A DNA stretch of 64,000 bases from assembly GCA_017475765.1 (NCBI GenBank), contig JAFVEY010000027.1, forward strand, positions 9,911-73,910, written 5' to 3'. The DNA comes from Clostridia bacterium. Lineage in GTDB: Bacteria; Bacillota; Clostridia; Oscillospirales; Acutalibacteraceae. Made by a program: the position numbers and the translations under genes. The stretch's first letter is position 1; each line of letters starts with the position of its first letter. Of the stretch, positions 9,858-20,300 are shown in pieces. Under the pieces are notes generated by a model that saw nothing but the letters and a program-made list of their open reading frames with translations, was not told where the DNA came from and searched no databases.

Positions 9858-10280
9858 TTGCCAACGTTTAACCAGTTAGTTCGTAAGGGCAGAGAGGTTT
9901 CCGAAAAGAAGGCTAAGGCTCCCGCACTGCTCAAGGGCTGGAACTCTAAAAAGAGAAGAGCTATTGATCAGAACTCTCCGCAGAAGAGAGGCGTGTGCAC
10001 AGCTGTTAAGACCGCAACACCGAAAAAGCCTAACTCCGCTATCAGAAAGATCGCCAGAGTAAGACTTTCCAACGGAATCGAGGTAACGTCCTATATTCCT
10101 GGTATCGGTCATAACCTTCAGGAACACAGCGTTGTTCTCATCAGAGGCGGCCGTGTAAAGGATCTCCCTGGTGTGCGTTATCACATCATCAGAGGAACTC
10201 TCGATGCACAGGGTGTTGCAAAGCGTATGCAGGCAAGATCCAAATACGGTGCAAAGCGTCCTAAGGCAGGAAAGAAATAA
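9858..10280 (+). CDS. rpsL: 30S ribosomal protein S12
   Basis: [11 protein letters not shown]...[21 protein letters not shown] start at 9858, 9 nt after the RBS aaggagg. Confidence 0.9.
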   Translation: MPTFNQLVRKGREVSEKKAKAPALLKGWNSKKRRAIDQNSPQKRGVCTAVKTATPKKPNSAIRKIARVRLSNGIEVTSYIPGIGHNLQEHSVVLIRGGRVKDLPGVRYHIIRGTLDAQGVAKRMQARSKYGAKRPKAGKK

Positions 10281-10425
10281 TAGCCTGAAAAGTTCTTAAG
10301 GATTAAATTGTTTAAGCAATACAGAGATGTATTTTAATATATAATTATAGATACCTCTGGAGCTTACGAAAGAAATCCTTTCGAGTACCTATGAAATCAC
10401 CACTATTGTGAAGGAGGGAAGTAAA

Positions 10426-10896
10426 GTGCCAAGAAGAGGTAATGTTGCAAAACGTGACGTTTTGCCGGATCCGGTTTATAATTCAAAGCTCGTTACTCGT
10501 TTGATTAACAATATCATGTACGACGGTAAGAAGGGTGTCGCTCAGAAGATCGTTTACGGTGCATTCGATATTATTTCAGACAAGACAGGCAAAGAGCCGC
10601 TCGAAGTTTTCGAGGAGGCTATGGAAAAGGTAATGCCTACTCTTGAGGTAAAGGCTCGCCGTGTCGGCGGTGCTACCTACCAGGTTCCGATGGAGGTTCG
10701 CCCTGAGAGAAGACAGACTCTCGGACTCCGTTGGATCTCAAGATACTCCAGAGAGAGATCTGAGAAAACAATGAAAGAGAGACTTGCCGGTGAGATCCTT
10801 GATGCTGTCAACGGTATTGGCGGAGCAGCCAAGAAGTGCGAAGAAACACACAGAATGGCTGAGGCTAATAAGGCATTCGCTCATTACAGATGGTAA
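10426..10896 (+). CDS. rpsG: 30S ribosomal protein S7
   Basis: [16 protein letters not shown]... GTG start at 10426 after the RBS aaggaggg. Confidence 0.9.
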   Translation: MPRRGNVAKRDVLPDPVYNSKLVTRLINNIMYDGKKGVAQKIVYGAFDIISDKTGKEPLEVFEEAMEKVMPTLEVKARRVGGATYQVPMEVRPERRQTLGLRWISRYSRERSEKTMKERLAGEILDAVNGIGGAAKKCEETHRMAEANKAFAHYRW

Positions 10897-10968
10897 TATC
10901 ACGCTTTTGAAGGCGTGTTGACGGTAATTACGGCGAAAGCCGCCAGATAAATGAAGGAAGATACATAG

Positions 10969-13074
10969 ATGGGCAGAGAAGTCTCGCTTGAAAAAACAAG
11001 AAATATCGGCATTATGGCACACATCGACGCCGGTAAAACAACGACAACAGAGCGTATCCTTTTCTACACAGGTATCAACCATAAAATAGGCGAAACACAT
11101 GACGGTGCGGCGACCATGGACTGGATGGTACAGGAGCAGGAAAGAGGTATTACAATCACATCTGCTGCTACAACTTGTTACTGGGAAGGTACCAAGCATG
11201 ATAAGGGCAGACACAGAATCAATATCATCGACACCCCCGGTCACGTTGACTTTACCGTTGAGGTTGAGCGTTCGCTCCGTGTACTTGACGGATCTGTAAC
11301 AGTCCTCTGTGCAAAGGGCGGTGTTGAGCCTCAGTCTGAAACAGTATGGCGTCAGGCAGACAAATATAAGGTTCCTCGTATGGCTTATGTCAATAAGATG
11401 GACATTATGGGTGCCGACTTCTACCGTGTTGTCAAGATGATGAAGGACAGACTGAAATGTAACGCTGTTCCGATCCAGCTTCCGATCGGTTCAGAAGATA
11501 CATTCAAGGGTATCGTTGACCTCATTGAAATGAATGCGGACATCTATTACGATGATCTCGGCAAGGATATGAGAGTTGAAGAGATCCCTGAAGATATGAA
11601 GGAGCTTGCAGAGCAGTATCACTCAGAGCTGATCGAGCACGTTGTTGAGCAGGACGAGGAACTTATGATGGCTTATCTTGAGGACGGCACAGAGCCTTCC
11701 GTTGAGGACATCAGAAGAGTTATCCGTAAGTCAACTATCGACAACACAATGGTTCCTGTTACCTGCGGTACATCCTACCGCAACAAGGGCGTACAGAAGC
11801 TCCTCGATGCTATCGTTGACTATATGCCGGCTCCGACCGATGTTCCGGCTATCAAGGGCATCAACCCCGATACAGAGGAAGAGATTGAGATCGAATCAAG
11901 CGATGAGCTTCCTTTCGCTGCACTCGCATTCAAGATCGCAACTGACCCGTTCGTTGGTAAGCTGTGCTTCTTCCGTGTGTATGCAGGCGTTCTCAATGCC
12001 GGCTCTTCTGTATATAACTCAACCAAGGACAACACAGAGCGTATCGGACGTATACTCCAGATGCACTCCAACCACAGAAAGGATATCGAAACTGTTTATG
12101 CAGGTGATATCGCTGCTGCGGTAGGTCTTAAGAATACAACCACAGGTGATACCCTCTGCGATGAGAGCCACCCCGTTATTCTTGAGTCGATGGAGTTCCC
12201 GGATCCGGTTATCCGTGTTGCTATCGAGCCGAAAACAAAGGCAGGTCAGGAAAAGATGGGCATTGCTCTTGCAAAGCTCGCAGAAGAAGACCCGACCTTC
12301 AAGGCTTATACAGACGAAGAAACAGGTCAGACGATCATCGCAGGTATGGGTGAACTTCACCTTGAGATCATCGTTGACAGACTTCTCCGTGAATTCAAAG
12401 TAGAGGCTAACATTGGTAAGCCTCAGGTTGCCTATAAAGAAACAATCCGCAAGGGTTCCGATGTTGACGAGAAATATGCCCGTCAGTCAGGCGGTAAGGG
12501 TCAGTACGGTCATGTTAAGATCAAGCTGGAGCCGAACCCCGGAAAGGGCTATGAGTTTGTTAACGCTGTTGTCGGCGGTGCAATTCCGAAGGAATATATC
12601 CCGGCAGTTGATGCAGGTATCCAGGGCGCAATGCTCAGCGGTGTTCTCGCTAACTACAACGTAGTTGACGTTAAGGTAACACTTTACGATGGTTCTTACC
12701 ATGAAGTCGATTCTTCTGAAATGGCATTCAAGATCGCTGCTTCCATGGCGTTCAAGAGCGGTATGAGAAAGGCTGATCCGGTTATCCTTGAGCCTATCAT
12801 GAAGGTAACAGTAACTGTTCCTGAGGAGTACATGGGCGATGTTATCGGCGACCTTAACTCAAGACGTGGTATGATTCAGGGTATGGAGGCTATCGCAGGC
12901 GCTCAGAGAATCGTTGCCATGGTTCCGCTTTCGGAAATGTTCGGTTATGCAACCGATATGCGTTCCAAGACACAGGGAAGAGGTCAGTATGTCATGGAGC
13001 CTAATAACTATGCAGAGGTTCCGAAGAATATTGCTGACGGTATTATCACAGCACGTTCCAAGAAGGACGACTGA
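10969..13074 (+). CDS. fusA: elongation factor G
   Basis: GTPase motifs AHIDAGKTT and DTPGHVDF, 701 aa. Confidence 0.95.
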   Translation: MGREVSLEKTRNIGIMAHIDAGKTTTTERILFYTGINHKIGETHDGAATMDWMVQEQERGITITSAATTCYWEGTKHDKGRHRINIIDTPGHVDFTVEVERSLRVLDGSVTVLCAKGGVEPQSETVWRQADKYKVPRMAYVNKMDIMGADFYRVVKMMKDRLKCNAVPIQLPIGSEDTFKGIVDLIEMNADIYYDDLGKDMRVEEIPEDMKELAEQYHSELIEHVVEQDEELMMAYLEDGTEPSVEDIRRVIRKSTIDNTMVPVTCGTSYRNKGVQKLLDAIVDYMPAPTDVPAIKGINPDTEEEIEIESSDELPFAALAFKIATDPFVGKLCFFRVYAGVLNAGSSVYNSTKDNTERIGRILQMHSNHRKDIETVYAGDIAAAVGLKNTTTGDTLCDESHPVILESMEFPDPVIRVAIEPKTKAGQEKMGIALAKLAEEDPTFKAYTDEETGQTIIAGMGELHLEIIVDRLLREFKVEANIGKPQVAYKETIRKGSDVDEKYARQSGGKGQYGHVKIKLEPNPGKGYEFVNAVVGGAIPKEYIPAVDAGIQGAMLSGVLANYNVVDVKVTLYDGSYHEVDSSEMAFKIAASMAFKSGMRKADPVILEPIMKVTVTVPEEYMGDVIGDLNSRRGMIQGMEAIAGAQRIVAMVPLSEMFGYATDMRSKTQGRGQYVMEPNNYAEVPKNIADGIITARSKKDD

Positions 13075-13104
13075 TCGTTTTTACAAATAATTTCATAAAA
13101 ACGC

Positions 13105-13133
13105 TTGCAATTTGGTCTTATTACTGGTAAAAT
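13105..13133 (+). promoter_or_regulatory. putative internal promoter for tuf (TTGCAA-17-TAAAAT) overlapped by a 9-bp inverted repeat
   Basis: -35 at 13105-13110 and -10 at 13128-13133. Inverted repeat ggtcttatt (13114-13122) / aataagacc (13131-13139). Confidence 0.4.
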
Positions 13134-13184
13134 AAGACCAAAGAGCAATGCTTTTCAAATATTTTATTTAGGAGGAAAATTCCA

Positions 13185-14387
13185 ATGGCTAAGGAAAAAT
13201 TTAACAGAAGTAAGCCGCACGTTAACATTGGTACAATCGGCCACGTTGACCACGGTAAAACGACTCTTACAGCTGCTATCACAAAGGTTCTCAACCTTGA
13301 CGGTGATGCAGAGTTCGTTGATTACGCTAATATTGATAAGGCTCCCGAAGAGAGAGAGCGTGGTATTACAATCAACACAGCTCACGTTGAGTATGAGACA
13401 GACAAGCGTCACTATGCTCACGTTGACTGCCCCGGTCACGCAGACTATGTAAAGAACATGATCACAGGTGCTGCTCAGATGGACGGCGCTATCCTCGTTG
13501 TTTCTGCTGCTGACGGTCCTATGCCCCAGACAAGAGAGCACATCCTTCTTTCCCGTCAGGTTGGCGTTCCTTACATCGTTGTATTCATGAACAAGACTGA
13601 CCAGGTTGACGATGAAGAGCTTCTCGACCTCGTTGAGATGGAGATCCGTGACCTCCTCAGCGAGTATGACTTCCCGGGCGACGATATTCCGATCGTTCGT
13701 GGTTCAGCTTACCAGGCTCTTTCTTCAGACAGCAAGGATACAAACGCTCCTGAGTATGCAGCTATTCACGAGCTTATGAACGCTGTTGACGAGTATATCC
13801 CGACTCCTGAAAGAACAACAGACCTTCCTTTCCTTATGCCTGTTGAGGATGTATTCACCATCTCAGGCCGTGGTACAGTTGCTACCGGTAGAGTTGAGAG
13901 AGGTCAGATCAAGGTTTCTGAGGAAATCGAGATCGTTGGTCTTGTAGAAGAGAAGAAGAAGTCCGTTGTTACAGGTCTTGAAATGTTCAGAAAGACTCTT
14001 GACTTCGCTGAAGCAGGCGACAACATCGGCGTACTGCTCCGTGGCGTTCAGAAGAACGAGATTGAGCGTGGACAGGTTATCGCTAAGCCGGGTTCTGTAC
14101 ATCCTCACACAAAGTTCCAGGGTCACGTTTACGTTCTTACAAAGGACGAGGGCGGCCGTACAACTCCGTTCTTCAGCAACTATCGTCCGCAGTTCTATTT
14201 CAGAACAACTGACGTTACAGGCGTTATCAACCTTCCGGAAGGCACAGACATGTGTATGCCCGGCGATAACGTAGATATGGACGTTGAGCTTATTAAGCCA
14301 ATCGCTATGGAAGAGGGTCTCCGTTTCGCTATCCGTGAGGGCGGCCACACAGTAGGTTCAGGCGTTGTTTCCAAGATCTATGAATAA
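13185..14387 (+). CDS. tuf: elongation factor Tu
   Basis: [27 protein letters not shown]; 400 aa. RBS aggagga. Confidence 0.95.
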   Translation: MAKEKFNRSKPHVNIGTIGHVDHGKTTLTAAITKVLNLDGDAEFVDYANIDKAPEERERGITINTAHVEYETDKRHYAHVDCPGHADYVKNMITGAAQMDGAILVVSAADGPMPQTREHILLSRQVGVPYIVVFMNKTDQVDDEELLDLVEMEIRDLLSEYDFPGDDIPIVRGSAYQALSSDSKDTNAPEYAAIHELMNAVDEYIPTPERTTDLPFLMPVEDVFTISGRGTVATGRVERGQIKVSEEIEIVGLVEEKKKSVVTGLEMFRKTLDFAEAGDNIGVLLRGVQKNEIERGQVIAKPGSVHPHTKFQGHVYVLTKDEGGRTTPFFSNYRPQFYFRTTDVTGVINLPEGTDMCMPGDNVDMDVELIKPIAMEEGLRFAIREGGHTVGSGVVSKIYE

Positions 14388-14424
14388 TTTCCGTTTTACA
14401 CGGCTTATATTCTGATATAAAATT

Positions 14425-14459
14425 GCTCCGCACAGGTTACGGCTTGTGCGGAGCTTTTT
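14425..14459 (+). terminator. intrinsic terminator after tuf
   Basis: gctccgcaca (14425-14434) pairs with tgtgcggagc (14445-14454), followed by ttttt. A second hairpin (cccctgac/gtcagggg, 14489-14519) may terminate the convergent minus-strand gene. Confidence 0.75.
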
Positions 14460-14523
14460 ATTGCAGTTTATATTTTATGCAAAAGCCCCTGACGAATGAA
14501 GCCATCTGTCAGGGGTTTAATTA

Positions 14524-15660
14524 TTAAGTATACAGCTTTACATCGGTGGGTTTGAAGAAAACAGCGATCACCGTATCGCCCTTTTTGACTCCGGAGCGCC
14601 TATGACCTTCAAGAACCGCTTGGTTTCCGGCTTTATCCGCACAGGTGTAGTAATAATAGGTTTTGCTTTTTCTGCCGGCATGATATGCTGCGGTATTGAT
14701 ATCCTTCAACAGGTATCTCTGACAATGCAGATTTGGATTTTTCAGCTCGGAAAGTGTTTTCATAATGTCTACAAAAAATCCCAAAGAAATGATGAAGCAA
14801 AGTATACTTATCAGTACAAAGACAACGAACAGTTTATCTGCCATCATTGAACTGACGCTGTCAATATTGCTGTGCTGCGGTTCCAATAGGATGATCCCGT
14901 GAGATACACAGTACAGAAATACACAAAACAGCACCAGTATCGGGAATGGGAGTATTGTCGGAATAAGATGTTTTCTTTCTTTTGCTGTCAGATAAGCCCG
15001 CTCATTATCGGTCATGATATGTGAGCTTTGAGGAATGGAGGGCGTTTTTATATCTGCCGGAAAAAGCACTTCTCCGCTGATTCTGTTTCCTGTATGCTCA
15101 TAAATATCATCAACGATCTCGCCGAACTGTTCTCTTGTATATCCCGGCTCCGGCGCCTCAACGGTTTTCACCGCAATGCAGGTGCGCCTGTTGGCAGCTT
15201 CTTCGCCGAGAAGATCAACAAGATATACTTTGTCTCCCGGCTGACATTCCGTAAATACCTCTATGGTGCATTTGACCTTGATATCCTTTCTGCCGACAGA
15301 TACAATGATGTCAAACAGGTCGTCACCGTTATGTGAGGGACGGCTGCTCAGATCGCCTGACTTTTTTGCAATGACAGCGTCCGTATAATGGGCATGATTG
15401 CTTTCAAGACAGGATTTGATCTCCTTTTCCTTTTTGGAACAGATCACCGTCAGGATGACAAGCACAGCGGTAATGGTGATAAAAACCAGCAAAAAACCGA
15501 CTGCCAATCCATCCATTTCCCTATACTGGAGTAATTTGAGCATTAACAACAAGCCGGTCAGCGCAAACCAAAAGGCATAAGCACCAACCATCGGTACAAA
15601 ACCTGAATTCATTTTTCTTTTCAGACTGTAATACAGTTCGTTGTCTATTCTTTTCCACAT
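14524..15660 (-). CDS. hypothetical membrane protein (two TM-pair + soluble-domain modules)
   Basis: 378-aa ORF with four hydrophobic helices and no recognisable catalytic motif. Confidence 0.5.
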   Translation of the reverse strand: MWKRIDNELYYSLKRKMNSGFVPMVGAYAFWFALTGLLLMLKLLQYREMDGLAVGFLLVFITITAVLVILTVICSKKEKEIKSCLESNHAHYTDAVIAKKSGDLSSRPSHNGDDLFDIIVSVGRKDIKVKCTIEVFTECQPGDKVYLVDLLGEEAANRRTCIAVKTVEAPEPGYTREQFGEIVDDIYEHTGNRISGEVLFPADIKTPSIPQSSHIMTDNERAYLTAKERKHLIPTILPFPILVLFCVFLYCVSHGIILLEPQHSNIDSVSSMMADKLFVVFVLISILCFIISLGFFVDIMKTLSELKNPNLHCQRYLLKDINTAAYHAGRKSKTYYYYTCADKAGNQAVLEGHRRSGVKKGDTVIAVFFKPTDVKLYT

Positions 15661-15700
15661 AATAACACCTCATTGTCTGATATATCATTTTGTTTCGCCG

Positions 15701-16456
15701 TTATTTTCCGTATCTTCTGAAATCCTCTTCCGAGCCGCAGAATACGTTCAGGTCAATAAAGTGCTCATCGCCGCTGTAACCTTCAAGCTGACCCTTTTCG
15801 CTGTACTGCCAGAATGTCCACTTCCTTCCGTCAGGAAGTGACGGCTCACGGAAAATATCACGAATCCATATATCATAATCCATATATCCGCCGGAAAGAT
15901 ATATTTGATATGCTGCACCGGTGGAGTAAATGACGGGTTTTGTGCCGTAATGCTTTTCCAGCTGGCTGATAAGTATGTCGAGCTGAGCATTTACGTCCTC
16001 ACGGTTCGGCGGATGATTCTGTTTGTCCGCATAAAATTCGATATCTATAACAGGCGGGAGCATATCAGGGACAGCTTCAACGGTTGAGATGAAATTCTCA
16101 GCCTGTGTTTTGCCGCTGCTGTCAAAGCTAAAAAAATGGTAAGCACCTGTTCGTATACCAGTTTTCTGTGCCTGCTGCCAGTTATATTCAAACCTGCTGT
16201 CGAAGGAGCTGCTGCCCTCGGTTGCTTTGATGTAGGCAAAATCAATATCTTTGGAAAGCACCTGCCAGTCGATATCACCCTGATAGGACGAAACATCAAC
16301 ACCTTTGACCGGATATTTTTTCTCCGGGTGATTCAGCGTAATCAATCCGTTTATGTATAATAAAATTACGGTACCGATCATAACTGCCAGAGCGGCTGAA
16401 ATGCCAACTGTAATTTTAACTGCAAAAGTGATTCTTTGCCTGACTGTTTTCTTCAT
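15701..16456 (-). CDS. glycoside hydrolase family 25 lysozyme (N-terminal membrane anchor)
   Basis: GVDVSSYQGDIDW...FAYIKATEG...GAYHF, typical of GH25 muramidases. Confidence 0.75.
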   Translation of the reverse strand: MKKTVRQRITFAVKITVGISAALAVMIGTVILLYINGLITLNHPEKKYPVKGVDVSSYQGDIDWQVLSKDIDFAYIKATEGSSSFDSRFEYNWQQAQKTGIRTGAYHFFSFDSSGKTQAENFISTVEAVPDMLPPVIDIEFYADKQNHPPNREDVNAQLDILISQLEKHYGTKPVIYSTGAAYQIYLSGGYMDYDIWIRDIFREPSLPDGRKWTFWQYSEKGQLEGYSGDEHFIDLNVFCGSEEDFRRYGK

Positions 16457-16580
16457 GCTATCACCTCGCAGAATATTCTATCATGAAATTATGAATAGAT
16501 TTTTACTTAATCGTAAATTCGTATCCGGTTATAAAAGTATATAGGATGGTGTATTCTCATTGGGAGGCAGCTTTTTCTTC

Positions 16581-16609
16581 TTGTAAATTTTCCAAATTGA
16601 TTGTATAAT
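16581..16609 (+). promoter_or_regulatory. promoter for tmk (TTGTAA-17-TATAAT)
   Basis: -35 at 16581-16586 and -10 at 16604-16609. Confidence 0.45.
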
Positions 16610-16641
16610 GGATTTATTCTATACGAAAGAAAAGAGATCAG

Positions 16642-17283
16642 ATGATGCAAAAAGGTAAATTTATTGTTTTCGAGGGACTTGACGGTTCCGGCAAGGGTAC
16701 ACAGATACAGCTTCTTACAGAGGAAATGAGAAAGCGTGGAAGAATTGTTTATCAGACGGCTGAACCGACCTCGTCCTCTACGGGCGGTATGATCAGAGAC
16801 GCTCTCGGAGGTTTTGTCAGTCGTGACGCTTATGAGCTTTCGGCGCTTTTTCTGACAGACAGAATATTTCACAATGTCAATCTGAAAAACGGCATTGCAC
16901 AGTTTCTTGAAAAGGGAATTGATGTTGTCTGCGACAGATACTATTATTCGTCCTTTGCCTATCAGGGAACGGATGCCGACCTTGACTGGGTGATGGAGAT
17001 GAACCTCGGCTGCCGGGAAATACGCCGTCCCGATCTGTGTATTTTTCTTGATGTGGATATTGATTCCTGCGATGAGCGGATAGAGAAAAACCGCCTTGAA
17101 AGAGAAATATATGAAAACAAGGAAGCACAAACCAGAATCCGCAGGCGGTTTTATGAGGTTTTTGAAAAACTCAAGGACAGCGAAAATATCAGAATCGTTG
17201 ATGCCGCAAGAAGCATTGCCGAAGTGTCGGCAGACATCCTTAAAATATATGACAGCATAAATGATATTGAAACGCAAATATGA
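16642..17283 (+). CDS. tmk: thymidylate (dTMP) kinase
   Basis: FIVFEGLDGSGKGTQ P-loop and a DRYYYSSFAYQG lid region. Confidence 0.8.
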   Translation: MMQKGKFIVFEGLDGSGKGTQIQLLTEEMRKRGRIVYQTAEPTSSSTGGMIRDALGGFVSRDAYELSALFLTDRIFHNVNLKNGIAQFLEKGIDVVCDRYYYSSFAYQGTDADLDWVMEMNLGCREIRRPDLCIFLDVDIDSCDERIEKNRLEREIYENKEAQTRIRRRFYEVFEKLKDSENIRIVDAARSIAEVSADILKIYDSINDIETQI

Positions 17284-17325
17284 TATCGGGACGAAATTAT
17301 TCCGCTAAGATATGGCAAAGCCGCC

Positions 17326-17358
17326 TCTTCAGATTCGGAAGGCGGCTTTAGCTGTATT
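17326..17358 (+). terminator. putative terminator hairpin between tmk and the convergent TspO gene
   Basis: aaagccgcc pairs with ggcggcttt across a 15-nt loop; the following T-tract is weak. Confidence 0.35.
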
Positions 17359-17381
17359 TTCTCTGCAAATGACGAAGTTTT

Positions 17382-17846
17382 TTATTTGTTTAACAAATAT
17401 ATTCCCAGGTTCAGATAGGCTGCAAATGTCAGCCAGAGCAAATAGGGGATCTGTATCAGTGCGGAGAGTTTGTCGATTTTATAAAAGGCGATGATCATGG
17501 CAAGTACCAATATCCAGAGAATCACCAGCCATATAAATGCTGTCAGATATGCGTCGAAGCCGAAAAAAATTACGCTCCACCAGAAATTAAAGAATAGCTG
17601 TACAACATAAAGCAGAAGTGCACCGGAAAGCTGTGAACCGCTTTTGATATATATTCTTGCCGCTCCGAATGCCATAAGAGAATAAAGTATCGTCCATACG
17701 ATGGGAAAAAGAAAGGACGGCGGAGCAAGCGGCGGCTGAACTACTTTCTCAAAACTGTCCATTCCCAGATAAGTGACGATACCACCCAGTAAGGCAGTAG
17801 CAAAAGTTATTGCAAAAGAAATAATATAAGGCTTGTATTTTGACAT
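17382..17846 (-). CDS. TspO/MBR family tryptophan-rich sensory protein
   Basis: 154 aa with five TM helices and the typical Trp-rich motifs (PSFLFPIVWTILY, WSVIFFG). Confidence 0.8.
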   Translation of the reverse strand: MSKYKPYIISFAITFATALLGGIVTYLGMDSFEKVVQPPLAPPSFLFPIVWTILYSLMAFGAARIYIKSGSQLSGALLLYVVQLFFNFWWSVIFFGFDAYLTAFIWLVILWILVLAMIIAFYKIDKLSALIQIPYLLWLTFAAYLNLGIYLLNK

Positions 17847-17941
17847 TGGTTACCCCCCGAATCAAATAATATTATATTTTTATCTATATGTATTTTCTGA
17901 CATTTTATACTTCATAATAATGTTATGATAAAATAAAACTC

Positions 17942-17970
17942 TTGACAAATTATATTTTATAAAATATAAT
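17942..17970 (+). promoter_or_regulatory. consensus sigma-A promoter (TTGACA-17-TATAAT) for gpx-ohrR
   Basis: -35 at 17942-17947 and -10 at 17965-17970. Confidence 0.6.
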
Positions 17971-17971
17971 T
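17948..17971. other. perfect 24-bp AT-rich palindrome overlapping the promoter spacer and -10; candidate OhrR operator
   Basis: aattatatttta|taaaatataatt is its own reverse complement. Confidence 0.5.
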
Positions 17972-18005
17972 GAATAAAATAAATCTGATAACGGAGGTAA
18001 CACAA

Positions 18006-18548
18006 ATGAGTATTTATGATTATTCGGTAACAAAACCAAACGGCGAAGAGATTTCTTTGAAGGAATATGAGGGTAAGGTTCTTATTATTGTCAATACGGC
18101 AACAGGATGCGGCTTCACTCCACATTATAAGGATCTTGAGGCTATGTATGAGGAATTTCATGATAAGGGATTTGATATTATTGATATTCCATGCAACCAG
18201 TTTGCAGGGCAGACACCGGGTACGGATGAGGAAATACATCAGTTCTGTACACTCAAATATAACACACAATTTCCTCAGATGAAAAAGTCCGATGTTAATG
18301 GAGAAAAGGAACTGCCGCTTTTCGGGTATCTCAAATCTCAGCAGGGCTTCAAAGGGTTCGGAATGAGTCCGAAGGGGATCGCTTTATCAGCAATGCTGAA
18401 AGGAATTGATAAAAATTATAAGAGCAGCCCTGATATCAAATGGAACTTTACAAAATTTATCGTTGACCGCAGCGGTAATGTTGTTGCACGCTTTGAGCCG
18501 AGCGCTCCCATGAAGGATGTCAGAGCCTTTGTGGAAAAACTGCTCTGA
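18006..18548 (+). CDS. glutathione peroxidase
   Basis: Catalytic-Cys motif NTATGCGFTP and the WNFTKF motif. RBS ggaggt 6 nt upstream of ATG 18006. Confidence 0.85.
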   Translation: MSIYDYSVTKPNGEEISLKEYEGKVLIIVNTATGCGFTPHYKDLEAMYEEFHDKGFDIIDIPCNQFAGQTPGTDEEIHQFCTLKYNTQFPQMKKSDVNGEKELPLFGYLKSQQGFKGFGMSPKGIALSAMLKGIDKNYKSSPDIKWNFTKFIVDRSGNVVARFEPSAPMKDVRAFVEKLL

Positions 18549-18582
18549 TGAGGGCAGCGCAAATGGATTGAGGTTGAAGAGC

Positions 18583-19029
18583 ATGGAAGAAAATGTACAG
18601 GAAAGCGGATATGACGCATTAAAACTTGATAATCAGCTTTGCTTTCCGCTTTATGCGGCTGCCAGAAAGGTTGTTTCTTTGTATACTCCCCATTTCAAGG
18701 AGATCGGAATCACCTATACACAGTATATCGTTTTTTTGGTGCTTTGGGAGCATGAGAGTGTTACCGTGGGGGAACTGTGCCAAAAGCTGTATCTTGACAG
18801 CGGCACAGTTACGCCAATGCTTAAAAAACTGGAAACCGAGGGTTATATTACAAGAGAAAGAAGCATAGATGATGAAAGAGTGGTTTTTGTAAGCCTTACA
18901 GAAAAGGGCGCCAGACTGAAAGAAAAGGCAAAAAATATTCCGGCGGCGGTCGGCGCCTGTGTTCCGCTTACTCCTGACGAAGCCGCTGCTATGTACGGTC
19001 TGCTTTACAAGCTGCTGGGAAAAATATGA
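18583..19029 (+). CDS. ohrR: MarR-family organic-hydroperoxide sensor/repressor OhrR
   Basis: N-terminal LDNQLCFPLYAAAR (the sensing Cys), a winged-helix region and near-colinear similarity to B. subtilis OhrR. Confidence 0.75.
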   Translation: MEENVQESGYDALKLDNQLCFPLYAAARKVVSLYTPHFKEIGITYTQYIVFLVLWEHESVTVGELCQKLYLDSGTVTPMLKKLETEGYITRERSIDDERVVFVSLTEKGARLKEKAKNIPAAVGACVPLTPDEAAAMYGLLYKLLGKI

Positions 19030-19048
19030 AATCGGGGAGCGTTTTTTT

Positions 19049-20173
19049 ATGAATGGTGCAGACATAAAATATCGTGAAAAAGTTATAGTGCGTACAAGTA
19101 TGATCGGGATCGCCGCCAATATCGTTCTTGTTCTGTTCAAGGCGGCTGTCGGCTTTGTGACAAATTCAATAGCCGTCATGCTGGATGCGGTCAATAATCT
19201 CAGCGATGCACTTTCAAGCATTATCACGATAGCCGGCACAAAGCTGGCTAACAAAGAACCGGACAAAAAACATCCTTACGGACACGGCAGGATTGAATAT
19301 CTCAGTCAGCTTGTTGTTGCCGCCATCGTGCTTTATGCCGGAATCACCGCAGCAGTTGAATCTGTAAAGAAAATTATCTTCCCGGAAGCGGCAGATTACA
19401 GTATTGCTTCGCTCATTATCATAGGGGCAGCGGTGGCGGTTAAAATCGTACTCGGAATTTATGTCGGAAAAAAGGGCAGAGAGGTAAAATCGGGCTCTTT
19501 GGAGGCTTCCGGCTCGGACGCATTTTTTGATGCGGTTCTTTCCGCTTCCGTACTCTTTTCGGCGGTGATCTATCTCCTGACAGGAGTGAGCCTTGAAGCG
19601 TGGGTGGGCGCAGTTATCGCTGTGTTTATCATCAAATCGGGATTTGAAATGATCAGGGACGCTGTCGATGAAATGCTTGGTGTCAGAGTCAGCGGAGAGC
19701 TTGCATCGGAGATAAAACACACCATAACGGAGGAACCGGAGGTTCAGGGTGTGTATGATCTTATCATGCACAATTACGGTCCCGACAGATTTCTCGGCTC
19801 TGCCCATATCGAGGTGTCTGACACTTTGACGGCATCTGAAATCGACACCCTGACCCGCAGAATACAGGATAATGTTTATAAAAATCATGCGGTTATTATG
19901 ACGGCAGTCGGCATTTATTCCGTCAATACAAGCGATGATGAAGCCGAAGCAATCCGCACAAGGGTTCGTGAAACAGTAATGAGCCGGAACGGTGTTATTC
20001 AGTTTCACGGATTTTATATCGACATAAAGAGCCGGCAGATGAGCTTTGATGTCATCATTGATTTTGACTGTGACAGAAAAAGAATTTACGAGGAGATCAC
20101 CGAAGAGATCAAAAAAGCATATCCCGATTATCATATCCGTATCACGCTTGACAGCGATATGAGCGATTCGTGA
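19049..20173 (+). CDS. cation diffusion facilitator (CDF) family transporter
   Basis: Six TM helices, HPYGHGRIE motif and a C-terminal cytoplasmic domain. Confidence 0.8.
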   Translation: MNGADIKYREKVIVRTSMIGIAANIVLVLFKAAVGFVTNSIAVMLDAVNNLSDALSSIITIAGTKLANKEPDKKHPYGHGRIEYLSQLVVAAIVLYAGITAAVESVKKIIFPEAADYSIASLIIIGAAVAVKIVLGIYVGKKGREVKSGSLEASGSDAFFDAVLSASVLFSAVIYLLTGVSLEAWVGAVIAVFIIKSGFEMIRDAVDEMLGVRVSGELASEIKHTITEEPEVQGVYDLIMHNYGPDRFLGSAHIEVSDTLTASEIDTLTRRIQDNVYKNHAVIMTAVGIYSVNTSDDEAEAIRTRVRETVMSRNGVIQFHGFYIDIKSRQMSFDVIIDFDCDRKRIYEEITEEIKKAYPDYHIRITLDSDMSDS

Positions 20174-20187
20174 AATCAGATATATCA

Positions 20188-20227
20188 ATTTGCTGCTGTG
20201 CCGAAAGGTATGGCAGCAAATTTTTTC
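20188..20227 (+). terminator. intrinsic terminator after the CDF gene
   Basis: atttgctgc pairs with gcagcaaat, followed by T6. Confidence 0.7.
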
Positions 20228-20300
20228 GCCCTTGTTGACTGAAATAAATGAAATATAGTATAATAATATCAATATATGAAAGATACAGGGGGATTTGCCG

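Noticed and set aside
16507-17277. 256-aa minus-strand ORF
   Set aside because: It is antisense to tmk, which has a clear dTMP kinase P-loop.
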